Below, piece after piece: positions 23,329 to 34,473 of a stretch of DNA of 64,000 nucleotides. The number at the start of each line of letters is the position of its first letter. The first letter of the stretch is position 1. The DNA comes from Octopus sinensis (Eukaryota). The notes beneath the pieces were generated by a model that worked only from the letters and a program-made list of their open reading frames with translations, had not been told where the DNA came from and made no database searches. The position numbers were made by a program, and so were the translations under genes. The DNA lies in contig NC_042998.1 of assembly GCF_006345805.1 (NCBI RefSeq), positions 56,544,001-56,608,000 on the forward strand, read 5' to 3'.

Positions 23329-23574
23329 AATAAAAATGTTAAATGTTTGAAAATACAGGACTTTAATTGAGATATATTTTTTTCTAGATATTTAAGAACC
23401 AGAAACAAGCTGAAACTTCAGTAGTAAATGCCATGGAGTGTAGTGAAGATCTTGTGATTTAAGTTTCTCATATGTTATCATTTCTTGATTGAACTCACCT
23501 TGTGTTATTGTTGGTGCCAATTCTCTTTAAAAAAAAGGCAGAAATGTAACATTCCTTTCCATATTCTCAATAAA
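23329..23574 (+). terminator. Candidate HIGD2A polyadenylation signals (AATAAA at 23329-23334 and 23569-23574)
   Basis: Hexamers 210 and 450 nt after the stop codon; which one is used is unknown. Confidence 0.35.
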
Positions 23575-23688
23575 AAAAAATGTAATATTAAAAGAAATTT
23601 TTAAAAATTATCTGATTTCAGTTCTATATTTAAGAGATGAGGAATTATTTACATTTGACGGATATTTGTCCTCATCTTGTTTGTTGTT

Positions 23689-23734
23689 AACACAACGTTT
23701 CAGCTGATATACCCTCCAGTCTTCATCAGGTGTC
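23689..23734 (-). ncRNA. Minimal type I hammerhead motif in the left Penelope arm
   Basis: GACAC-CTGATGA-A-GACTG..CAGCT-GAAA-CG-TT-GTGTT; palindromic AACGTT stem III; one stem II mismatch. Confidence 0.55.
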
Positions 23735-24565
23735 TTGGGGAAATTTCGAATCTGGGTTCTTATTCCTAAGGTATTTTTAGATGTTATTATTATTTAGAGG
23801 TCACTGCCTGGAATTGAACTCGGAATCTTGGGGTTAGTAGCCCGTGCTCTTAACCACTATGCCATATGCCCATGGGCCATAATGGAGTGAATTTTTGGGC
23901 TTATAAATCTAATATCTTCCTATCCTTCCCATATGCTATTCATATCTGCACTCGGTCTGCTTAGGAGGTTGTTATGTCCTAGCATGTGTGCTGTTGATTT
24001 TAGTTTTTAAATTTTCCAGTGGTGTTCTCTGTCTATTATTTTAACTTCATCCCATAGGGGGAGGTGGTCTCCATTTTTCCATACATGACCAGCTATACCT
24101 GATTTATCAATATCTCCTTGTATCACAGTTTTGTAATGTTTCGCCTTTGTATAACCTACCGCAGCTCATGGGATGGAGTACACACAGTTTTTGGTCATAT
24201 TCTCTTCTATTGGTGGTTTTACCCAAAGAAGATATTTGCGAAGTGTTGTATTACTTTTGAATACTGTCCTGATGTCATATGGGCTGCATATCTTTTTTAA
24301 ATTAAAAGAAGCAGCACATATGCTAGGAGACAACAGCCTCCTAAGCAGACAGTGCAGATATGAATAGCATATGGGAACCGGTATTAAGGAAGGATAGGCT
24401 AAAATTCATTCCATAATTGCCCACAGGCATATGGTGTAGTGGTTAAGAGCACGGTCTACTAACCCCAAGATTCTGAGTTTGATTCCAGGCAGTGACCTGA
24501 ATCATAATAATAATAACATCGAAAAATACCTTAGAAATGAGAAACCAGATTCAAAATTTCCCCAA

Positions 24566-24611
24566 GACACCTGATGAAGGCTGGAGGATATATCAGCTGA
24601 AACATTGTGTT
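24566..24611 (+). ncRNA. Minimal type I hammerhead motif in the right Penelope arm
   Basis: GACAC-CTGATGA-A-GGCTG..CAGCT-GAAA-CA-TT-GTGTT (stem III G>A substitution). Confidence 0.55.
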
Positions 24612-25140
24612 AACAACAAACGAGGACAAATATCTATCAAATGTAAATAATGTAAATTATCTGATTTGTTTCTATAAATGTATTGATACCTATACCTAAA
24701 CAATCACTAATTGTCTTTTTAGTCATCATTACCTTCAACTTAACAATTATTGCCGTCTTTATGTAATTTTGTTGTTGTTAGCCATTATTTTCATCAGATC
24801 ATTTCCATTTATCATTTTCTATCTTTAACTAAGTAATTTCAGGATATCTACAAGAAAACTTGCTGTTTGAAATGTTTGTCCATATTTTATTGCTATTTTA
24901 TTGTACTGACATTGGTAATGTCTATTTTCAGCATCAATAAACCTTTAGCATTCAGATTACTCTGTCAAATGTAATACTTACATTTTGAATTAATCAGGCA
25001 TTATCTTGTAGATTTGAGATTTCAACAATGTGATTGCATATTCTTAGAATGACATTGTGGGGTAAGTGTGAGAGACAAGATCTGGTCAGTTTGAATATAA
25101 CATGGGTAGAATATTTTGGGGCCTGATATAACCAGTCTAA

Positions 25141-25360
25141 CCCTTTCGTTTCTGTATTTGTTTGGAGATGCTCTGTGTTTCTTTCAATTACTTTAAATAT
25201 AACAAAGAATCAAGTAATTTAACTTAGTTATAATTCAGCTAGTGTTAGGAACATAAATTGTGACTAACATTTGATGGAAGATTTTAATTCAAAACTTATG
25301 AAAACAAAACAGTGGTACTCAGAGCTAGAGCCGGTTTCAGCTGGGTTGGTATTGAAAGGG
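25141..25360. mobile_element. piggyBac-like MITE
   Basis: Inverted termini TAACCCTTTC (25138-25147) and GAAAGGGTTA (25354-25363) with CTAA/TTAA flanks. Confidence 0.45.
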
Positions 25361-25387
25361 TTAAATGCTAAAGGATACAAAAGCTGC

Positions 25388-25782
25388 TATTCTTTTATTC
25401 TTTTACTTATTTCAGTCATTTGACTGCGGCCATGCTGGAGCACCGCCTTTAGTCGAGGAAATCGACCCCAGGACTTATACTTTGTAAGCCTAGTACTTAT
25501 TCTATTGGTCTCTTTTTGCCGAACCGCTAAGTTACAGGGACGTAAACAGACCAGCATTGGTTGTCAAGCGATGTTAGGGGGACAAACACACGCTCATATA
25601 TATACATATACATGTATACGACGGGCTTCTTTCAGTTTCCGTCTATCAAATCTACTCACAAGGCTTTGGTCGGCCCGAGGCTATAGTAGAAGACACTTGC
25701 CCAAGGTGTCACGCAGTGGGACTGAACCCGGAACCATGTGGTTGGTAAGCAAGCTACTTACCACACAGCCACTCCTGTGCCT
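25388..25782 (-). mobile_element. tRNA-derived SINE (family B), full length
   Basis: Minus strand begins AGGCACAGGAGTGGCTGTGTGGTAAG..GGGTTCAGTCCC. Further copies lie near 1240-1437, 5970-6130, 8100-8445, 14935-15125, 27870-28045, 32760-33035, 42590-42795, 59085-59205 and 60955-61115. Confidence 0.88.
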
Positions 25783-28700
25783 ATATTTTTACAGATATAG
25801 AATAGATGGAAGGAAACAGAAACAATGGGAGTCCTTCCTGCTGCTATGGTAGTTTTTTCTTTTTTTCTATGGTTGCTAACTTCTATTGAAAACACATCAT
25901 ATTACATGATTTTCCGCTTGTCTTGTTGCCATTCTTCCTAACATCTGTTTTAAAAAGACACCTTAATCTTTGTGCAACATTTGTTTATAGGTTTTTTTTC
26001 CTGTTATTTCAATATATCAAAAGAAATTAAATCATGTGACATTCACATTTACTGATGGTACATCAAAGATTGTGGACCTAATTTCTTCTGAAATAATATG
26101 CAACAAATTAAAAAATAAAACATCACATAAAAGTAAAACAGACTCATCATATTTATTTCATCTTTAATCATAAAAAACATTGGTATTAAGAATATCATTA
26201 AAAGAAAAACAAGAAAAAACATTACCATCAAGTGTTCAGGTCAGATTACAGGTGTGCAAAATTGGAATAGATTTTAGAACGTTTCAGTAAGTTATTTAGT
26301 GGACATTTTTGACTTATATTTGTGTAGTACATACTCAAGTGTTGCAGATATATTTATGCGTTCCATTCTATTTATTTAATAGTAATATGACTTCAAACTC
26401 ACCAATTATTGAAAACATAAACTCAACATTACAGAATTTACTCAAAGCTGGTGACATCTGCTTAAACAATTTATGTCAATACAAAAATCTACTGAAAGTA
26501 TATTGATCACCATCATTTTACATCATCATCATTTAATATCCGTTTTCCATGCTGGCATGGGTTGGACAGTTTGAGAGGAGCTGTCCAGATTCCGATTGTC
26601 TATTTTGGTAAAGTTTCTGAGGCTTGACGACCTTCCTTATGCCAACCACTTTACAGAATGTGCTGGGTGCTTCTCATGTGCAACCAGCATGGGCACTTTT
26701 ACATGATACCAGCATGAATGCATTTTTCGTGGCACCTGCAAGACAAAGTATCAGTTCATAGGAATTACTGCCCTGTTAGATGAGTGAGCCTATACTAACC
26801 ACCCTCTATCATCCTTCACCTCTCCATGTACCTTATTAGCTAATAGAAATGTACATGGTTTATTGATCCCTTACAATATAAGAGAACATACATTCATATT
26901 AATTCTTTTGTATGGGTACAGGACCCTGTTGCCATTTAACCAGTTCAAGACCTCTAGATCAACTTTAAATTCCCTCTTTAAAATATACCCCATCTACAAA
27001 TATAAACCAAATATACATTCACTATTTCAGGTTTTAACTCCCTTCTAAAGGATGTCTGTCTGTTCTTATAGTAGATTTACATAATACATTTAGAATATTT
27101 TTTGTGTAAAAGAAAAAATATCAGACAGTTTATTCAATATATTTCCCCTTCCAGATTATTTGAAGGCAATCTTCTGTATCTGTTTTGTCCCTTCAATTTC
27201 CCTAACACACATCAAATTAACTACTTATTGCATTAAAAATATTTTACCCAAGCTCCCCTTTTTTTTTCTGTCATCATAATTGTCATTTAACATCCATGTT
27301 CCATGCCAGCATGGTTTAGACAGTTTGACCGGATTCAACAGATCTGAGGACTGCACTGTGCACCTGTGTCTGCTTTGGCCTAGTTTCTATGGCTGGATGC
27401 CCTTCCTAGTGTTTACTGTCAAGTGCTATAGAGTGTGTTAATCAAAATTCATAACACTTTTTGGTCTTTTCACTTAGATCACATCTAGTATAGAAGCCAG
27501 ATGATTGTTACATTTAACCAGTAGCTACTCCTATCATACATGAGTATTTTCCATAAGGCCACAGATTTCTCTAATTCACTATATTACTTATAACATTGTT
27601 GCATAAAATCTGACTTGTAATATGTCAAAAGGTCCAATTAACTTTATGATTATCTTTTTGTTATCACGTTTTTTTTTTCTTTTTGTAAACCATAATTTAG
27701 TCAAAGGAATAAAGGTAAAATCCTAAACCTCTTTCAGGGCCTGTATGACTGTAGGAGGAGGAAGTTTTCCTTAGACCCGAGGCATGGTATGAATACTTGC
27801 AACAGATGGAACTCAGCTGAAGGTACATGAGGGCCAGGTAGTGATGCCAAACTGGGAGCTGGATTAAATTTCTACTGCCCAAGACAGATCCATGACAGAC
27901 TTTCATACAGTTTCCATCTACCAAATTTCATTCAAGTCTTTAGTTGGCTCAAGGTTAAAGTAGAATACATTTGTTGCAGGTGCCACTCAGTGGAATTGAA
28001 CCTGAAACCATGTAGTTGTGATGCAAACTTAACCATGCGGCTGTACAATCTTTAACAAGCACATCTATCTGACCCTAACCATTTGAACTGACTCTTTTTG
28101 TTATTGGAACATTGGCAATTCTACAAAATCTCATCTCACCCTCTCCCACCCTCCAAACACTTAAGCATTATTATTAGTAGTATTATTGTACTTTCGCTTC
28201 ATATTGTCTTTTTCTTTTTTTCATCTATCTGTAATATTTCCAAATGGATTGTCAATAATAAAGAGAAGCCTTTCAATGTGATCAGTACTCTTCCTTTTTC
28301 CCACCCCAAATTACCTTTGTCATTTATTGAGATTCCAAATGAACCTCAACAAATGCTTTTAATCCCTCATGATTTCATGCACTCACCTCCCAAAATATTA
28401 TTAATAAAAGATTGCAACCTGAACTTCTTGAACTGATGAAATTTCTCTACTTTATACACATTGTCTTCAGCAACCTTTTCAAGAGATGTACATGAAACTA
28501 GAATTTTACTGCATGGTCTATATATATTTTAATTCTTAGAAGTTTTAAGAACTGAGTAAAATCTATAAAAATGAGAGTTTTATAGATTTTACCTAGAGAA
28601 AAGGCAACTATCCTAAAACAACTTCACCTTTTCTCTATGGTTTCATCCCATTGTTTCTGTTTCCTTCCATCAATTCTATATCTGTAAAAATTTGTTATAT

Positions 28701-31559
28701 CCTAGTACTAATCGTGATCAGCAAGTTAAAAGGACAAATAATTTGTATAAATACCCTCATCCACCCACCTCCCTAGTTCCTGTCCCCACTCACTTTTACT
28801 CACCTTGTACCTTGAAGGGGCTACCTGAACATCTCATCACTATTATCTCTTTGCAGTTCCACCTGATCATTCTCACTTTCTCTTCACTACAAGAAACCTG
28901 CTTAGCCCCCTTCTCTCATACTTCAATCCCCTCATCTAGTATAAGGATACCTCTTTTCTCTCAGGGTTTTTGTGAACTGCATGGTAGCCTCACAAGTGCT
29001 GGTGGCATGAAAAAAAGCACTCAGTACTCACTGTAAAGTGGTTGGTGTTAGGAAGTGCATCCAACCTTAGAAACTGTGCCAAAGCAGACACTAGAACACT
29101 GCAGCCCTTGCACCCATCAAATTTTGTCAATCCATCAAACTCATGCCAGCATGGAACACAGATGTTAAATGATAATGATGTCCAGCCCTAGTCATTATTT
29201 ATTTTACTAACCTCTCTATCTATATATATGTGTATATACACACACACACACACATTTTGCTATCATCTGACAGGTTAGAGAGGCTTATTTACCTTTCTGA
29301 ATTTGAAGACAATACTGAGGAAAACCAAGCCTCTTAAAAGGTGAATCCTAGTAGTTTTTAACCTTGACTGTAGTACCCCATTCAAAGCATTGAGCTCACA
29401 AGGGGTGTAGAAAATGTCATGGGATGCTGTGAAGGAGAGGTGTAGAACATTTAGCGGGGTTGTGATTTTTATTAGAAATAAGATAATTAAACCAAGAACA
29501 ATACTTATATTTTAAACACATTTTCAAAAAAATTTTTATCAAGGTTAGAATTTGAGGAAGGCATTGTGTTATCAGTGAGCAGAAACCTGACTAATAAGGA
29601 ATCATGCTCTGCTATAATTCCATTATATATGTCCTCACCATCTTTAGTAATTTCCACAGACTTTGGTTCACACAAATACCTAAAAAGAGGCAGCCACTGA
29701 TGGGATAGTATAAGAAAATATGGATAAGCGCAAAAAAATTAACCCTGCCTTTTTTTTTTCCTTTTTGCGAAACAGAGATGTTTTAAAATACCATTTAGTG
29801 AAAGAGGCATTGAGCTACAAAATGTTGGGAGCCACTGGTCAGTACAAATAAGAGAGACTTTATGTAAAATGCCAGACAATATATAGTAAACCAGTTCCTT
29901 CAGATTGGGATTTTGATATTGACTGCATTACCTTGGAAAAACAACCTAATCCCCTTCAAATTACATCCTACATTTTTTTCGAAAAGAAAGAAATGGATAA
30001 TGTAGTCTGAAATAAGAATGGAAGATTAGGAATAACATCCCACCTATAAGAATATAGAGCCATCTAGCCAATGCAAGTATGGTGAACTGAATGTAAAAGT
30101 TATTTTAATCTAGCAATTATATCTTCCAAATTTAGCAACTTAGATGCCCAAAATAGATTTAGTGAATTCAAATTGAATTACAGAAATAATGTCTTAGCCA
30201 AGGTACATTACCATCCATGACTAAGGACTGGATAGGTCTTGGCATTTGTGGTCTTTTAGTATTTGGCACACCTGACAACAGAAAGATGTTGCTGCTGGAA
30301 TTTTTTTGTTTTAGTATAGCATTCTAAAATATAGTGATGTAGTAAGGAATTGTTCTAGCTGCTGTAATTCACCCATTTAGATCTAGACAAGCAATAAAGA
30401 AAATACAAAACCATTTTTTTTTATTCAAAATATGTCTTAATTAAACTAGTCAATATAAATTATTCATGTTTTTAATAATATACATATTATGCAATGCTTA
30501 GTTTTATCCTCATAACTTCTCACTGGTAATCCTATTGAGATTCCCTATTGAACTTAGCACTGTGCATTGATGAAAGAAATCTATAGATTACATATATGAA
30601 AATTCAGTGAAAAAACACTTATTTACAGAATATAAACTAGAAGTTATGAAAATAACTTGAACATTTTTTCATTTGTTCTGAAATGCATCTTTTCAGAAAT
30701 TTATTTTGACAATCAGGTTATCATTTTAAAAACAAATTTCTACTATCACCTAAAGAAATGAGGCAATCATTGTCCCTATTAGTTTTATACTACCTCTTGA
30801 AAGCTAAATCCCACTCAGCCAAAATGAAATGTTTGAGTGAAACATGGACTTTGCAAGCTGCATCATGAGTGGCCTGTCTAGGAAGTCAGTAGCACTGAAT
30901 AAGAACTGATATAGAGTATTGGCTATATTTTGGTCCTTCTACTACTGGTGATGTGATGAAGTGCATGCAGGACCTTCTGTGAAACTGTTGGGGGAAGCTC
31001 AAGGTGTGGAAAACATACCAAATTGGAAGATGCAGGCAAAACATGAACTCAGTAAAATCTCTCTTCATTGCTAAAAGCTGCATATATACACATTTCCAAT
31101 GTTGAGATCACATAGCACTTCAAGAATGCCACCTTCAATGTTAGCATGATGAAAGGTCAGTCTGGAAAAATTGTAGAGTTGAGGTGAGTAGATGTGTGTT
31201 ATGTACAAGACGTAAGATGGAGGGCAGTCTCAATAAGATGTCTCATGGGAAACATTAAAATTTTTAATGGTAGATACAACACTGGAATTAGTAGAATAAG
31301 TTTGCTGGCAGAGAAATACACTGAGATAGTTGGGGGAAAGCAACAGAGTAATTAAGCTATGACAAGTTACAAGGTCTCTTGTGGTGCACCTGAGCACTGT
31401 ATACAATTAATTTCATTATCATATGTACCACAATCAGAAATGACTGATGAATGGAATTTAGCAAGAAAGTTGGTGTCCATCAAAGCTTAGTCTTCAGCTC
31501 TATCCTACTGATTGTAATTCTCCAGATCATAATAGATGACTTTAAAACTAGTTATGGGA

Positions 31560-32290
31560 ACTTCTTTACACTTATGACCTGGTTCTTGTACGCAAATTTT
31601 TGAAGAATTGAAGAAGAAATTCCGAATGTAGATGCAAAAGCAAAATTTTTAGTTAACAGGAAGATAGGACTCTCAAACCATCTAGGGCTGTTTATACCCA
31701 ATGTCCAAGAAAGGAATTGGTACAGATTTTATATGTCATACCCGATAATTGATGGGCAAGAGATACAGTGGGATCATAAGCAGGCTGAAAGATATGTAGC
31801 AGATGCATAGAAGTAATTAGCTGTAAGAGCACCCATAAAATTTTTATCAAATCCTTGTAGGCTCAATAGAAGTTGATGCCTAGGTGACCAAATTGTCAAG
31901 AGAAGAGAAAGTTTGAAAAGAATAGATTCCAGAGTAAAAACTGTGTGGAAGAAGTTCAGGAAGCTATTACTTTTGCTGGCAACAAAGAGGTCCTTCCTCC
32001 AAGTGAAAACTATATTATATTGATGTTTGTATACCAAATGTGATGATATGTGGTAGTGAAATACGGGCATTCAATGTAGAGGCTGGAAAGAAATGAGGTG
32101 TGCATACTCCAATAGATGTGTAATAGTGTACAGGAACGACCTGAAGAAAAAACTGGGTATAAAAGAAATTGGATGTAGTGTACTAGAGTGGAGACAAAGC
32201 TGTGGTGCACATGGAGGATGAGAGCAATGTAAAAGAGTGCCAAGAGATTCAACAGGAATGATTTTGTAGAAGACAAAGTCATAAAAGGTG
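31560..32290 (+). mobile_element. Old, degraded RTE fragment
   Basis: Remnants KKGIG..KRYSGIISRL, LGDQIV, VWKKFRKLLLLLATK. Confidence 0.6.
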
Positions 32291-34308
32291 AAACCTAATC
32301 TCAGGAGCTTGATGCAGTTCTTTGACCTGTTGGATCCTGTCAAACTATCCAACCAGTACCAGTATGAATGCTAATGATGATGATCATAAAGTCTTTATAA
32401 ATGGAGAAACCACTTAGTATGACTGGTATAAACTAATGTTAAAATTAAAATGCTGATGATAATCTGAAAGTTTTGTAGAATTTTTTTCCAATTTTCTGTT
32501 CCAGAATTCAGCATAATGTAATATTAAGAATATAAGGATTGATTGGTTATGGCTTCATGAGAAAGTATGGATAGTATTAATCATGAAGTTTAGGATGTAA
32601 AATATCACCAGTCTGAGAATGTGTTCATGACTGAGTTCACCCATTCCTCTTCACAAAACTAACTCTGCAGCATAATATCAACCAACAACAAATCATCAAA
32701 TTGGAATGGTGCTGTGTGACTGGACAAGTGCAATCCTCCAAAACAGTATCTTAAAATGTGAATAATAAAATTTACTTCCCAACAATGTGGTCTTCGGTTC
32801 AGTCCCACATACCTTCCACTACATCCCTGGGTATGAGTGGATATACTAGATGGCAACTGGATAAATCTCATTGTGTATGTATATGTACATGTGTGTGTAT
32901 GTGCCTACACAAGCATCACTGTCATACAAGCAGAGCCCATCTTTGTTGCTTGAAAATATGTGAGGTTAGGCAACAAGAAGGGCAACCAGCCATAGAAAAT
33001 CCTACCGATATAAGCATGTGGAAGTGGACATTAAATGATTATATTTTCTATTTTACTGAACAAACTAGCTTTGATAACTTGCCTTCCTATATTCTAGGTA
33101 AAAATAGAACAACACTTTAATACTGTAGTTTTTTTTTTTTAATCATGTTTATCAGAGGTGGAATAATAAACTAGTTTATAAAAAACGCAAAATATTTGAT
33201 TATAAATATAATTTCTCATTGCAACAGTATTGATTTATTTAAATATAAAAAGAAACTCCTTCATACTTAAGACAGAAAAATGAAAAATATATAAATATAA
33301 AAAGGCAATTTAAATGAAAATAAAGAAAAAACCTTGTATTTACAGATAAGGCCACAATGACCCACTGTGTTTAGAAAGGATAAACTTGTACTAAAAACAA
33401 GTTATAAATTTGTAATGGTGAGAAGCATATTTTGGAATGCAATTTACGTTTTCAGGACTATTCCCTGTATCTGAAATTACGGCTTCTAATTAGCAAAACT
33501 TAAGAAAAAATATGAATAAACTAAAAGAAAAAAAAAAACTAAATAAATGGTAGGAAAACAATTAGTTATTTGACAAAAAAAAACATTCAATTTAACAGAT
33601 GATACAAATCAAATTTGCAGATGTAAAGGAAATCAATTCATAATAAATAATTTCAATTTTATAATAAGTATTAAGTAACAAAATAATCTAAAGTTAACTG
33701 TCCAGTTATCCATAATAACATGATTTTTTGAACTGATTGAACTGACAAAATACATTAATTTTATTTCATTTTAATTTCTTAAAGTTACAACGAAAGTCAC
33801 TGAAATGCAATAGGTTGGATTACCTTCACAATATTTTCAAAATATTGTAGGAAACGGTTTGAATTATACGTGGTATGAAAAATAAATACAGATGATCACA
33901 AAAACATGAAGGTCACCTTACTTTAATACATAAAATGCAGTCGAAGCTGCGTATCAGATCTTTTATAGAAAATTTTATATTGGATAAAGTTCCAATTTGG
34001 AGGGCCTGACATTTCTTTTCTTTGGTATAGGGATAATAATTTATTTTATCATAAATATAAGCTAAACACTAGCCAGTTGTTGTATATTCTACTGGATAAA
34101 CAAGTGGCAACATTGTAAATAAAGTTGCTGTGAAAAACGATGATAAAAATAGAGAATGATATGCAGAATTCATCAAAATAGTAACAATTTCAAACAAAAT
34201 ACTATCTTGATATTTACAATTGGTGATACTGTGGGCAGAAGTGAAGTAGAAGTTTCTTTAAATAAACTATGCTACACTTTCTATTATTCTTTCTAAATGT
34301 ACCTCAAG

Positions 34309-34473
34309 CTAAAATGCTGTTTCAGTTAGAAAGCTCTTCACTTTGGAAATGCCCTTCTTCAAACCTTTAGCGGGAAGTTCCATTCCAATTACTATTTTTT
34401 CAGGCTGTTTTGGTACTTGTGGTATGTTTAACAATTCTCGGATTTCGTCAGGACTCATAGCTCCAAGCAAATC
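34309..34473 (-). CDS. ARL10: ARL9/10 exon 4 (C-terminus, TAG)
   Basis: DLLGAMSPDEIRELLNIPQVPKQPEKIVIGMELPAKGLKKGISKVKSFLTETAF*; completes the xKQD motif. Confidence 0.92.
   Translation of the reverse strand, partial: DLLGAMSPDEIRELLNIPQVPKQPEKIVIGMELPAKGLKKGISKVKSFLTETAF

Larger units (their letters stand above)
23619..24653. mobile_element. Penelope-like element remnant in fold-back form (inverted arms ~23644-24005 and ~24300-24651, GIY-YIG remnant between)
   Basis: The minus strand of the spacer reads ...NCVYSIP*SCGRLYKGET...KSGIAGHVWKNGDHLPLWDEVKIIDRE (Penelope GIY-YIG). The arms are reverse complements. A 14-bp direct repeat AAATTATCTGATTT flanks the element (23605-23618, 24654-24667). 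Confidence 0.85.

Noticed and set aside
24426-24499. tRNA-Ser(ACT)-like sequence as a tRNA gene
   Set aside because: No acceptor stem, broken T-stem, lies in a Penelope arm; reported as a Pol III module instead
26049-26231. Very hydrophobic ORF resembling a mitochondrial insertion (NUMT)
   Set aside because: Explained by T-rich composition; I could not match it to any mitochondrial protein
31560-31790. Apparent minus-strand exons (PAYDPTVSLAHQLS; WFESPIFLLTKNFAF...)
   Set aside because: The plus strand is a decayed RTE segment, so these are chance antisense frames
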